Source: Pelagomonas calceolata (Eukaryota). Taken from it: a stretch of DNA of 64,000 bases. The stretch covers positions 2,790,001-2,854,000 of the forward strand of contig CAKKNE010000002.1 of NCBI GenBank assembly GCA_918797485.1, written 5' to 3'. The translations under genes and the position numbers were made by a program. Shown here one piece after another: positions 40,288 through 50,729 of the stretch. How positions within the stretch are numbered: the stretch's first letter is position 1; every line of letters starts with the position of its first letter. Below the pieces are notes generated by a model that worked only from the letters and a program-made list of their open reading frames with translations, did no database searches and had not been told where the DNA came from.

Positions 40288-42477
40288 ATGCTGGACTTTT
40301 ATCGCTCGTGAGCTCCTGGACTTTTTTTTTCCTCGCTGCCCAGATTAGCAACTCACAAGTTCTGCAGCCTGCAGTGTCACAAGCTGGCGCACTACTCAAC
40401 AATCAACGCTGAGTCGGACGCTGCCGAGGCTGCAGCCGCGCGCGCGACGGCTGCACTGCTGCTCGCCGAGGCCAAATGCGTCGGCGCGGTGCTCGCGCCG
40501 CCGGCGGTGACGGGGGCCGTCGTGGCAGCGCTGCGCGTGCGCGGCTGGCTGCGGCGTGGGCGCTCGGTCTGCTCGCACGGCGACGATGAGAAAGCAGTGT
40601 TTCTGAACGCCGCGGGTGCAGCTGCACTCGCCCGCGCCGACGCCGCGGCGACGCTCGGCGTGGAGGGTATCACCTTTGCACCAGGCTTACGTGTCGGCTC
40701 GCGCCCGTGCGGCGGCCCGCGCGGACAGCAAACTAACAGCGCGATCTACTTGCTGCGAGCGACCGAGGCCAGCCGAACCAGGGCCGAGGGAAGTTTCCGC
40801 TTCGCCGAGCTCTTCGCGGGCCTCGGTGGCTTTCGCGTGGCCCTCGAGGCGCTCGGCGGCGAGGCTGCGTTCGCCTCAGAAATCGACCCGCACGCGTGCT
40901 CCACCTACGCGGCGAACTTCGGCGACGTGCCGCACGGCGACATCACGGAGATCGACGCCGACGACGTGCCCGACCACGACGTCCTGACGGCAGGGTTTCC
41001 CTGCCAGCGGTTCTCCGTCGCGGGCGACGGCGCGGGCTTCAGCGAGGACCGTTTGTTCTTCGAGGTGATACGGATCCTGGAAGCGAAGCAGCCCCGCCTC
41101 GCAATTCTGGAAAACGTCGAGGGCCTGGACGGGTTCGCGCGCCGCGTCGTCGTCGAAGCGTTGGCGCTGGTCGGTTACCGTGCGGAGCACCGCGTCGTCG
41201 ACGCGCTCGCGCTGTTGCCGCAGCGGCGGGCGCGGCTCTACGTCGTGGCGCGGAGGCGCGACGTTGCGGTGGCGCCGTTTGTCTGGCCGCGCTGCCTCGC
41301 GACGCGCGACCGCTGCGCGTCCCCGGACGCCGCGTTCGGCAGGAGATGTTTGTGCCGACGGGTTAGTAGGATAGTGGGGGGCAGCTGCGCCGTCCGCGAC
41401 GTCCTCGAGGCGGCGGCGCCAGCCGACGCGTATCTGACGGCGGCGCAGGCCTCGGTGGTGGCGTCGACGGGAGCCGATGCGGCGACGCGGCGGCTCGCGT
41501 GGCTCGACGGCGCCGCACGCACGCTGATGTCGAACTACCGCCAGGGCTTCAAGTTCCATTCGGAATTTGTGCCCGGCGAACCGCCGCGCTTCTACACGCG
41601 GCGCGAGGCTGCTCGAATCATGGGCTTCCCGGACGCGTTCGACGTCGACAGCGCGGGAACCGTCGACAATTCGGGCGCGAACCGCGCCTATCATCAGATA
41701 GGAAACGCGTGCTGCCCGCCGGTCGTGTGCGCGCTCGCGGCGCCGGCGCTGACGGCCGTCGGTCTCCGTAGTAGTGCATCGTGCGACGACCCGGCGCCCG
41801 AGGTTTTGGAGCTGCTCGGCGCGTCTGCCATCGTCCACGATTCGCCGCGGCCGGCGTGCGCGCCGCGGCCCGCTGGGTTTCGTACGCGACCCCTCGTCGT
41901 TGTCGTCCACGCGTTCGGCGGTCACCCCGAGAAGTTTTGGTACCCCGAGCTGGCCGCAACGCTTGCCGACGACGCCTGCGTCGAGGTTCTGCGCATGACG
42001 GACCCGGCCACGCCGCGCATCGACGCGTGGGTCGGGGATCTCGAACGGCGCATGGACGAGGCGGCGGCGGCAAACCGGGCCGTGTACTTTGTGGGCCACT
42101 CCGTCGGCTGCCAGGCGATCGTGCGGTACCTAGCTACGCCTGCGGCGGCGTCTCTGCTGGCGGGGCAAAGCCTGCGGCTCGGAGGCGTCCTCTGCGTGGC
42201 GGCCTGGTTCTCCGTGGTCGATCCGTGGGCGACGATTGAGCCGTGGTGCGCGACGCCGATCGACACGGGCGCCGCGCGACGCCTCATCGAGGGCCAGGGC
42301 GCGTCGCTGGTCGTTCTGCTGTCCGACGACGACAAGTATACCCCGGACCATGCTTCAAACTCCAAACTATGGCAGGATCGGCTAGGAGCGACGACACGGA
42401 CGCTGCCCGGTGCCGGGCACTTTGGCCGGCCTCGCCAGCCGCAGATCGTGGCCGCGGTCCGAGATATGTTAAAGTGA
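40288..42477 (+). CDS. C5-cytosine DNA methyltransferase fused to an RBBP9/YdeN-like alpha/beta hydrolase; possible 36-nt intron 40308-40343
   Basis: MTase motifs ELFAGLGG, GFPCQ, ENV, QRRARLY and IGNACCPPV; hydrolase motifs VHAFGG..FWYP, VGHSVG and AGHF. 5' structure inferred (ATG 40288, GTGAGC..CCCAG). Confidence 0.8.
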
Positions 42478-42519
42478 TGTTTGTACCACATACCTTAGTC
42501 ACAGAACCCTCTAACACCG

Positions 42520-42596
42520 GCGACGCGTCTTGTCTCGGGCCGCGCCCGATCCCAGAAGGGATCGGGCGCGCGCCGTCATGTGCGCGCGCACGCGAT
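42520..42596 (-). promoter_or_regulatory. Candidate SECIS element of the DsbA/FrnE mRNA
   Basis: Core ATGAC(42579-42575)/CGAG(42537-42534) closing a 16-bp stem GGC-CGCGCCCGATCCC/GGGATCGGGCGCG-GCC with a UUCU loop. Confidence 0.75.
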
Positions 42597-42603
42597 GCGG
42601 GGC

Positions 42604-43428
42604 TCAGAGCCGTATCGTCTCGGCCATGACCTCGTCGGGGATGCTCAGCGCGGCGGCGAAGGCCGAGCCCGTCGCGCCGCCCTCGGCCTCGACCTGCCGG
42701 AAGGCTCGGATCAGGGACTCGGCGTGGTGCGCGCCCGAGGGCAGCTGGTACTTGCCCCCCAAGATGAGCGTGGGGATGCCCGAGACGCCCAGATCCCTTA
42801 ATTGCCTTTGCGCCGCCTCGATCTCCGGCCGGCCCTCGTTTTCATCCTCGAGAAACGCCGCCGCCGCGTCTCGGTCGGCGCCCACGGCCACGGCCGCCTC
42901 CAGGAGCATCTCCCGATCATTGAGTTTGACGCCCCCCTCGAAATGCTTTTGATTCAGGTCGTTGTACATGTTTTCCGCGGCGTTCACTCCCAGAGTCTTC
43001 GTCACCCACTGCACGAGCCGGTGGCTCGCCATCGTGTTCGACGCGACGCGGTCCAGGTTAAAGTGCTCGATGCCGACCTCGCGGCCCCGGCCCTTCAGGT
43101 TATGCCTCTCTTTCTGCGCCTCCCAGCCGGCCTTGCCGCCCCACTTCCTCAGCAAACGTACCCTATTGGTTTCCTCGAACTCGGCGCCCTCGGGGTAGTC
43201 CGGCTCGAGGAAGAACGGCACGCGCAGCACCGTGAAGCCCATCGGCGTGTCTCCGCTCGGCGCTTCCTGCACCGCCCGCATCGCGTGCTGGAGGTGCCGC
43301 TTGCCGATGTAGCCGTTGGGTCACATGGTGTCCGAGATGAGCTCGACGACGCAGCGCGGCGCGGCCGCCGCCGCCGTCGAGGCGCGACGCACGCGTGCCA
43401 TGCTGCGGAGAGAGGTGCGCAGCAGCAT
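42604..43428 (-). CDS. DsbA/FrnE-like thioredoxin-fold selenoprotein (Sec = TGA 43323-43321), probable mitochondrial presequence
   Basis: ORFs 43321-43548 and 42604-43281 are one frame: VELISDTM-TGA-PNGYIGKRHL...PFFLEP...GVSGIP. TGA sits at the first Cys of the FrnE D-x-x-C-P-x-C-Y-I-G motif. Confidence 0.88.
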
Positions 43429-43745
43429 TTTGTGTGCAGCTTTGCAACCTTGTGTCTCCAGGGAGTGCAGTGCTTGTTGGACTGCTGCAACGACGCACGT
43501 TTGCAATGCTACCAGTTGTCTCACCGTTGCGCGTGCTGCAGACGTCACGATTGCAGCACAACATGAGAGTAATGCTATCGCATGTAAGACACTAGGAAGC
43601 AGCCATGCACATGCACATACCCATCATTCACAAGATGAATCCTCGGACGTCTTCCCGAGGCGTACAGAAAACCCGGCGCTTCAGTCTCAAGAATGGTGCG
43701 GCGAGGCTGCCCCCAGCGCCAAGCGCAGCGCAGACCATCGCAGCG

Positions 43746-45095
43746 ATGGAATACTTGAGCGCCTTGCTCTGTTTCAGGCAGGCACCGCCGCCGCGGACCG
43801 GTAGCAGCACCGGTAGCAGCCGGCAATCGACGCCGCGGCAGCCCTCGGAGGAGCCACCGCGCCGCGGCTGGCCGGCGGACGACGCGCCGCCGTCACCGCA
43901 ACGGATCGTCACACGGGCGGATGACGACGCGCCCTGCTGCTTTCCGGGACCGGCAAACGCGCCGCCGCCGCCGGTTCCGCCACTCGCGGCCGCCGCCGCG
44001 CCGTCGACGCCACCGCCGCGCGAGCAGAAGCGACAGCACCGGCGCCAACGGCATCATCGACGCGAGGCTGCACCCGCGCCTGCGCCTGCGCCCGCGCCCG
44101 CGCCTGCAGCACCTGCGCGGCGCCGCCCCGTCGCCACGGCCGCCCAGGCGCCCGGCAAGCCACAACCGGCGCCCGGCAAGTCCCAAAGGCGCAAGATGAA
44201 AGCCGACGCCGACGCGCTGCCGAAGCCTACGGGCGTCGCATGGGCGCCGCTCGTGGCGCTCATGCCGGTGCCTGGCGCTTCGAGCTTGGCGGCTTTCGAG
44301 GCCAAGCTCGCGGAGACGTGCGCCGGGCCGAACGTGAAGGACGACGCGCCCCGCGACGCGGCCAAAGCGCGCCGTCGCGCGGGCCTCGAGCGCCTCTCGA
44401 GGACGACGCAGGAGGGCCACACGATCCTCCACCACGTCGTCGTGAACGCCGACGAGGTCGCCGCGGACGCTCTTAGGCGTTCCCTCGGCGCGGCACGCTG
44501 GCACGCGCTCGCCGAGGCGCCGGCGAACGACGGGCGGTCCGCGCGGCGACTGTCGCGGCGTCTGGGCCGCAAGCGCATGCAGGACGTCTTCGACCGCTAC
44601 GAAGCGCAATACGAGGCCAAGGTCGCCAAGGCCAAGGCTAAGGAGAAGACTCGCGCATCGGAACGAGAGACTGAGGCCGCGCGGCGCGCCACTTCCGCCC
44701 GCGCCGCCGCGCGCGAGGCCGAGTCCGCCCGCCGCCCCGAGGCCGCGACCTCGTCCGCCCGCGGCGCCGCCGCCGCGCGCGAGGCGGAGGCCGCCCGCCC
44801 CGAGGCCGCGGCCGCCGCGAAAGAAGACGTCGAGGTGAGGTTGAAGGCCCTGCAGAAGCTCGAGGCGTCGATCGACGCGACGACGACGTGGGACGCGGAG
44901 ATGGTCGGCAAGGTCGACAAGGCGCTGTCGGCCTTCGGCGGCGGATGCCTGGATCCTCGGGTGGGGGCGGCGGTCGCGCGTATCCGTGCGTCCGCCTCCG
45001 CGGCCCGGCGCGCCGCCGCGATCGAAGCCGCCGCGGCCCCCGCGGCGGCGCCCGCGCGGGACGAGTCGGCGGCGCCCGCGGGGACTTTGTGTTAA
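43746..45095 (+). CDS. Hypothetical Pro/Ala-rich protein with an ankyrin-like segment
   Basis: Long ORF; TQEGHTILHHVV and NDGRSA ankyrin-like motifs. Confidence 0.65.
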   Translation: MEYLSALLCFRQAPPPRTGSSTGSSRQSTPRQPSEEPPRRGWPADDAPPSPQRIVTRADDDAPCCFPGPANAPPPPVPPLAAAAAPSTPPPREQKRQHRRQRHHRREAAPAPAPAPAPAPAAPARRRPVATAAQAPGKPQPAPGKSQRRKMKADADALPKPTGVAWAPLVALMPVPGASSLAAFEAKLAETCAGPNVKDDAPRDAAKARRRAGLERLSRTTQEGHTILHHVVVNADEVAADALRRSLGAARWHALAEAPANDGRSARRLSRRLGRKRMQDVFDRYEAQYEAKVAKAKAKEKTRASERETEAARRATSARAAAREAESARRPEAATSSARGAAAAREAEAARPEAAAAAKEDVEVRLKALQKLEASIDATTTWDAEMVGKVDKALSAFGGGCLDPRVGAAVARIRASASAARRAAAIEAAAAPAAAPARDESAAPAGTLC

Positions 45096-45219
45096 TGTTA
45101 CTGAAGTTTTAACGTACGTACGTTCGTTGCCTATTCTTCTCTCTCCGAGCGGAGGCATGTTCTAAACTCGTTGAAGCCTGAGAGATTTCTAGAGTCACGG
45201 TGTACACATGCTTATGATT

Positions 45220-46236
45220 CTAGCCGCGGAAGATGCGGATCGAAGGGACGGGAGCAGCGTGCTCGCCGATGATCTCGTAGCCCGCGGCGGGCGGCGCGTG
45301 GACCGGGCCGGTAGCCTTGAAGATGCCCGAGCCTGACGGCGCGTCAATCCACCACATGCCGTCGAGCTGGTTGTGGTAGATGTAGGCGCCGTTCGGGGCC
45401 TCGAACCAGGCCTTGCCCGCGTTGAGGCGCGCCCATGTGTCGGCCGTGTCCCAGCCCTGGCCGACACATACCGCCGCGAAGCCGGTGGGGATCTTGGACG
45501 CCGGCGTCGCGACGTATTCGCCCTGGACCTCAGAGCTGCCCCCGCCCTCGACGACGATGCGCTGGACGTTCACGTCCGCGCGCTTGGTGCCGTGCGCGCC
45601 AAGAACTCGCAACACGTCGCCTGCGGCACTCGCCCTCGCCACAGCGGCCGCGGTCTCGCCCGACCCGCCGCGGAAGTTCGGGTCGGCTCCCGCTTCGAGG
45701 AGAGCCTTGGCGCCGGCGGCGAGGTTGTTCGACGCCATCCGGTGGAGTGGCGTATAGCCGTACGTGTCGACGGCTTCGATATCGGCACCTTTGGAGACCA
45801 AGAGCGCCACCTGACCTTGGTTGCGCGCCGACATGCCGCAGTTGTGGAGCGGTTGAGCGCCGCCGGTAGTGATCTCGTTGACCAAATCGGGATGCTCGTT
45901 TAACCACGCCTCGAGAGCCGCCGCGTCGGAGAGGCGCTTGGACGTCGGCGTGTAGCCGCCGCCGCTGTAGACCGGTCCGGGCCGAGGATTATGGTTTTGG
46001 TACTGACGGCCGATGACGACCTGGCCCATGTCGTCTCGTTTGACCGTGCCGCCGTAGATGCCGGGACCGACTGAATCGGCGTATGGGTCGAAGCCGTCAG
46101 CGTCCGTCTTGCCGGGAGCGCCGTACTTCTCCGCCATGCCGCGAGCGTAGGGGTCGTGCGTGATGCGCACGCCGTCGGCTCTATAGTAGGCCATCGTGCG
46201 GCGCAGAATGAGTAACGGTAGCAGGCGCTGACGCAT
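45220..46236 (-). CDS. Ankyrin-repeat protein
   Basis: GAQPLHNC, DTYGYTPLHRMASNN and LLEAGADPN. Confidence 0.85.
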   Translation of the reverse strand: MRQRLLPLLILRRTMAYYRADGVRITHDPYARGMAEKYGAPGKTDADGFDPYADSVGPGIYGGTVKRDDMGQVVIGRQYQNHNPRPGPVYSGGGYTPTSKRLSDAAALEAWLNEHPDLVNEITTGGAQPLHNCGMSARNQGQVALLVSKGADIEAVDTYGYTPLHRMASNNLAAGAKALLEAGADPNFRGGSGETAAAVARASAAGDVLRVLGAHGTKRADVNVQRIVVEGGGSSEVQGEYVATPASKIPTGFAAVCVGQGWDTADTWARLNAGKAWFEAPNGAYIYHNQLDGMWWIDAPSGSGIFKATGPVHAPPAAGYEIIGEHAAPVPSIRIFRG

Positions 46237-46250
46237 CAATCTCGTGCTGC

Positions 46251-46291
46251 GCTCTCACGGAGTCAGCTCTCACAGAGTCAGCTCTCACAGA
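46251..46291. repeat. 15-nt tandem repeat (about 2.7 copies)
   Basis: GCTCTCAC(G/A)GAGTCA units immediately upstream of the ankyrin gene start. Confidence 0.8.
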
Positions 46292-46791
46292 CCAAATGCT
46301 GCGAACAAAACTTTACGCCGCGACAGCGGATAGCGCAAGAAGTCAGCTCTCTACGCAAATACTTGCGGGCCAGTGTTATTGCTACGACAGGGCGAATGCG
46401 TCTGAGTACCCTGCACTGAGTTGTCCAACTGGGATCGGGTTTTGTACTATCATCAAGGGACGAGGCAGAGCCCTCGCGGCGGTCACTAGCCGGGTCTCGA
46501 TCGATGGCAGATGATTCGCTTCAAGGCCGCCTTCTGCTAGCGCGACGCGGCGCGCAACGTGCACGTGCGGACTGGGGGTGGGAGACCGTGGCTCACGCCC
46601 ACGGCCCATAAATTGGAGTCAAGGGCATCTTAAACGAAGGGTTAAAGACCAAAAATACGGGTAGTAGAGGTCTCGTGACGGGGCTAGTGACTGTCTCCCT
46701 AGGTTCTGGCGGCGTTTCGCTCCGGAGCTCCACAGCCCCGTAGTCGATATAAGGACTGGACTCCAACTCACAGCCCGCAGTCGATATAACA

Positions 46792-47337
46792 ATGGCGCTT
46801 CGCCTATCGCTCCTCGTCGTACTGCTCGCGCAGTCGACAACATCTCTCCTAGCGCCGCGACCGTCGCGCACCTGCACCGTGCTGAACGCCCAGGTCGGCT
46901 CCTCCTCGCGGAGCCGCGCCTTCACCAAGACCGGCCCGCGCAAACCGCAGTCGCCGCGGCCCGAGCAGTACCCGAACGAACAGAAGCTCGAGGACCTCGC
47001 CGTCAAGAAGCGCAACATCAAGTACGACCCCGAGTACGCCGACGACATCGCGCGGGCAAAGAGGCGGCTCTTCGACCTGCGCATGCGCAAGTCGCAGCGT
47101 TTGCCGTTTAAGTCGAGCGAATTCCGCGAGCTGCGCCGCTTCGTCGCGCGGCTGAAGACGCAACAAAGGGAAGACGAGCTCCGGGCGGCCGGCGTCGACC
47201 TCAAAAAGAAGAAGCCGCGCACGCGCCGCGAGCGCCAGCGCGCGGCCGAGAAGCGCGCGCGCCAGCTCGCCCAAAAGGCGCGGAACCGCGAGCGCTACGG
47301 CATGGAGGAGCTCGTCGTCGCCGACGACGCGCTCTAG
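46792..47337 (+). CDS. rpl29: Plastid ribosomal protein uL29-like, nucleus-encoded
   Basis: Signal peptide, then IARAKRRLFDLRMRKS...KSSEFRELRRFVARLKTQQRE. Confidence 0.75.
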   Translation: MALRLSLLVVLLAQSTTSLLAPRPSRTCTVLNAQVGSSSRSRAFTKTGPRKPQSPRPEQYPNEQKLEDLAVKKRNIKYDPEYADDIARAKRRLFDLRMRKSQRLPFKSSEFRELRRFVARLKTQQREDELRAAGVDLKKKKPRTRRERQRAAEKRARQLAQKARNRERYGMEELVVADDAL

Positions 47338-47666
47338 ATAAGTATTTTCGTGTGTGCAACTATGCGTCCACCCGTCGTCCGGGCCCTTCCTCTCGAGAGC
47401 CTACAGTCGAGTCCTACGACGGCCTCGCTCGCAAGCGCAACTTGAAACCGGGACTCGGCGGGAGCAGCCTGAGCACCGGCATAGGCTGTTGTGCTTATGC
47501 TATGGACTGGGCCGTCCGACTGACTCGGCATAGAACGCGCCGAACTGGCACGAAAAAAACTCAGGCTAGCATCATCTCAGGCCAGGAACAAGCAGGGGCT
47601 CCGCCCTCACTAGTCCTAGCACCGTAACAACAATCCAGGAACAAGCAACGTCAAAAAAACACAAGA

Positions 47667-48542
47667 TTAACTAAACACACCAAGCTTCGAAGCACGCATC
47701 TTCGACGACACACCGCGAGGCACGTGCGCCGAAGACTCGAGCAGCGCGACGTGCGCCTTGCGCAGCTCGGCGAGCTCGCGCGTCAGCCGCGCGTTCTCTC
47801 GCTTCAGATCCACGTAGCCGCCGAACTCGCTCGTCGGCGGCGGCGCAGGCAGCGCGTCGGTCTGCACCATACAGTCGACTGCGGGCGGTGGCCGTTGCTC
47901 CGCCAGCGCCTCGGCCTCGGCGAGTCGCGCCGCGAGTTCGTGCTCGCGTTTGCCGACGACGAACCGCTCCTTCGTGAGCGCCCGGAGCCGGTCCGCGAGC
48001 GTCGCCTTCTCGGCTTGGAGGTTCTCCGCGCTCGCGCGCGCCTTGTCGGCCTCGGCGCGCACCAACTCCGCGTCTCGCGCGCGCGCGTCGCGCAGCATTG
48101 CTGCCGCCGCGCGGAAGCGCTCCGCGGCCGTCGTCGCCTCGGCGCGATCCGCCTCGAGGCGCTTGATCGTCGCGGAGGCCGTCGCGGAGGCCGTCGACGC
48201 GCGCGCGCTCGCCCGCGAGCAGCGCGCGTCGGCCTCCGCCGCGGCGTCCGCCGCGCGCGCGCATTCGTCGGCGGCCTTGGCGCGTTCGTTCGCGAGCGCG
48301 GCCTCCAGATCTTGCACGCGTGACTGCTCCGTCGCGAGTTGTTCGCGCATAGACATCGTGTCGCGCGCCGCCGCCGCCGCGCCCGCCGCGCACCGCGCGT
48401 CGAGCCGCAGCAGCGCCTTCTCGAGCGCCACGGCGTCGCATGGCGCGGCCTCGCGGAGCCGCGCGTTCTCGTCGGCGAAGCGCCGGAGCACCTCGAGCGT
48501 CTTGATGTGCTGGCGCCGCAGCTCCTCCGTCGCCGAGTCCAT
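47667..48542 (-). CDS. Coiled-coil protein (may have an upstream exon)
   Basis: Heptad-rich ORF; CCGCAG acceptor-like site just upstream of the ATG. Confidence 0.7.
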   Translation of the reverse strand: MDSATEELRRQHIKTLEVLRRFADENARLREAAPCDAVALEKALLRLDARCAAGAAAAARDTMSMREQLATEQSRVQDLEAALANERAKAADECARAADAAAEADARCSRASARASTASATASATIKRLEADRAEATTAAERFRAAAAMLRDARARDAELVRAEADKARASAENLQAEKATLADRLRALTKERFVVGKREHELAARLAEAEALAEQRPPPAVDCMVQTDALPAPPPTSEFGGYVDLKRENARLTRELAELRKAHVALLESSAHVPRGVSSKMRASKLGVFS

Positions 48543-48719
48543 GCCTGCGGACGAGAGGTGCGGCGGCCGCGCGCGGCGACGAACGCGACGAGCGAGGCTT
48601 CGCGGCTGCGGTCAGTGTAACTATGACTATTGTGTACCCGTCACCTCGAAAACCGATACGGTATACGGTTGTGGAATCGATCCTCCCGCGCGTTCTTTAT
48701 GTGTTGCAGGACGCCGGTG

Positions 48720-48801
48720 TTGCGCGTCGATGGCGTCTAGCGCTGAGGGTGGCGGTGTGCTTTGCGCGTCGACGGCGTCTAGCGGCGGTGGCGGTGCTGC
48801 T
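48720..48801. repeat. ~41-nt imperfect tandem duplication
   Basis: TTGCGCGTCGA(T/C)GGCGTCTAGCG...GGTGGCGGTG occurs twice. Confidence 0.75.
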
Positions 48802-49036
48802 ACAGCGTGAGGTTGCTGAGCTTTGGGAGGCGCTTAGCGTGGTGGTACTCGTGCTGGTGATCGCTGCTGCGATATAGACCGGCGTGCGTACCGATTATAT
48901 ACGTATGCCGCAAACTATGCCGCTAAAGCCGCCGCTGCGCAAGCCCGGCTAGCTAGCGGCCTGTAAGACACTAGCAAGCAAAGCCTTGCTGCGACCACGT
49001 CCCCAGCGCTGTCTCGAAGTACGAGTCGCCGGGGCC

Positions 49037-49831
49037 ATGGGTCCGCAGGACGCCTCGGAGACAAGGCCCAGACAAGCCCATGTTTCCATCTCCGAGCGCC
49101 GTGCTGCCCCTCTCCCTGTGGCTGCCCCAGGAAGGAGGGACAACGAGCCTCGAACGATGCGCTCCCCGGTCTCCTGCGAGCTCGGCACCTGCTCCATCTC
49201 GAGCGAGAGCTCACCGTCGACGATCTGGGGCGCGGCGGCCATCCCGCCGGGGCTGCACGAGCCCGTCTGGGCCGAGCTCGACCGCCACGCGCTGCGGCTC
49301 TTCGGCCCGCGGCGCAAGCCCGTGCGCGAGGGCCAGGGCCTGCTGCGGAAGCAGCGGCGGCGCACGGACCCTCCGATCGCGGGCCTCGCGCCGTCGCGGC
49401 GCTACCTCGCCGGCGTGGCGAAGCGCTACTGCGCGCGGCCGCCCCAGCCGCGGCGCGCGTCGAGGCACGACCTGGATCGCCTCGTGGACCCGCACGGCCT
49501 GATCGCCCAAGCGCGGAGCCAGAGCGGCGTCGCGCCCGTGGGGACGCGCCAGTCGCGGACGCGCGGCGTGCCGCGCCGCTCGGAGGCGGCGTGGCCGCTC
49601 GACGGCGTCGCCGCGCGCCCGCCGCCGCGCCGGCCGCCGACGGCCGCGTCGGCCGCGGCGGAGGCGGCGGCGCTCCCGCGCCTGCCCAAGGGCAAGACGA
49701 TGAGCTTCCGCGCGTCGGTCCGCGCCGAGGTCGGGCGGATGACGCCTGGCGTTTCTAAATCGCGGCGGCGGCGGTCGGACTGGATCAACCCCGGCGTGTC
49801 CCAGGCGCGCCGGGAGGACTGGAAGACCTAA
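49037..49831 (+). CDS. Hypothetical basic protein
   Basis: ORF with GC3 bias; no family recognised; start uncertain. Confidence 0.5.
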   Translation: MGPQDASETRPRQAHVSISERRAAPLPVAAPGRRDNEPRTMRSPVSCELGTCSISSESSPSTIWGAAAIPPGLHEPVWAELDRHALRLFGPRRKPVREGQGLLRKQRRRTDPPIAGLAPSRRYLAGVAKRYCARPPQPRRASRHDLDRLVDPHGLIAQARSQSGVAPVGTRQSRTRGVPRRSEAAWPLDGVAARPPPRRPPTAASAAAEAAALPRLPKGKTMSFRASVRAEVGRMTPGVSKSRRRRSDWINPGVSQARREDWKT

Positions 49832-49841
49832 TCTCGTACAC

Positions 49842-50729
49842 TTAACTGACTACACAGCAACCACCGCCGCCGGCCCCTTTTTTCTCGTCCATGTGGTCGT
49901 ATTTCGGCATCTTTCCCCCGAGCACGGCCTTGGCCATCCACTTGTAGTACGAGAGCCGCTTGCCGTGCGCCTCGACCTCGCGCTTCTCCGACACGTAGTC
50001 GTCGGTGATGTCGACGCCGGGCAGGCGGTCCACGTGCCGGTTGTAGGCCTCGACGACGTCGTCGTCCTCCGTGCACATGAGGAACGTCACGAAGACGCTC
50101 GGCTTCTTCGAGCCCACCATCTGCCGCAGCCCGTCGAAGGTCACGTCCGAGGGCTCGCCGTCCGTCATGACCAATACAATAAGCTCCGTCTCGTTGCTGT
50201 GGCCCTTGGGGTGCCACTGGCCGCTCAGCAGCGGCCGCAGGCGCGCGCCGAGTGGCGTCCGCCCGCGCGCCGGGCGCCCGTAGAACAGCGTCTCGACGTG
50301 CTGCTTGCTGTGGATCTCGTGCCACGTCGGGTCGTTCAGAAACTGCACGTGGAACCCGTCCGAGTGGTCCACGACGAGGAGCAAGTGCGCGAGCTTGATC
50401 AAGGTTTCCTGCAGCTCCTCCCACCGCGTCTTCGGGTTCATCGTGTTCGTCGGGTCGGCGATCTGGTTCATGGAGCCGCTGTCGTCGGCGACCACCACGA
50501 TGTCCGTTCCCGCGATCGACAGCAGGTCGCGCACGACGTCCTCGGGCAGGTCCAGCTCGTCCTGCATGTGCCGCACGCGGTCGCCCACGGTCAGGTTCGG
50601 CGCCTGGTTCACGAGGCCGACAACCTGGCCCGCCTGCTGCTGTTGCGCGATCGGCTGGGGCGGCGCCGAGATGGGCACCGCCGGCGGCGGCGGCGGGTGG
50701 AGCGAGTAGGGCGGCGGCGGCTCACTCAT
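49842..50729 (-). CDS. vWA-domain protein with C-terminal Cys-Cys/CaaX-like lipidation motif
   Basis: MIDAS DDSGSM, GRTPL and VMTDGEP; ends GGGCCVVS. Confidence 0.85.
   Translation of the reverse strand: MSEPPPPYSLHPPPPPAVPISAPPQPIAQQQQAGQVVGLVNQAPNLTVGDRVRHMQDELDLPEDVVRDLLSIAGTDIVVVADDSGSMNQIADPTNTMNPKTRWEELQETLIKLAHLLLVVDHSDGFHVQFLNDPTWHEIHSKQHVETLFYGRPARGRTPLGARLRPLLSGQWHPKGHSNETELIVLVMTDGEPSDVTFDGLRQMVGSKKPSVFVTFLMCTEDDDVVEAYNRHVDRLPGVDITDDYVSEKREVEAHGKRLSYYKWMAKAVLGGKMPKYDHMDEKKGAGGGGCCVVS

Noticed and set aside
46613..46766. TTGGAGTC...GACTCCAA inverted ends as a MITE
   Set aside because: Only ~8-11 bp of match, no target-site duplication and a single copy in the window.
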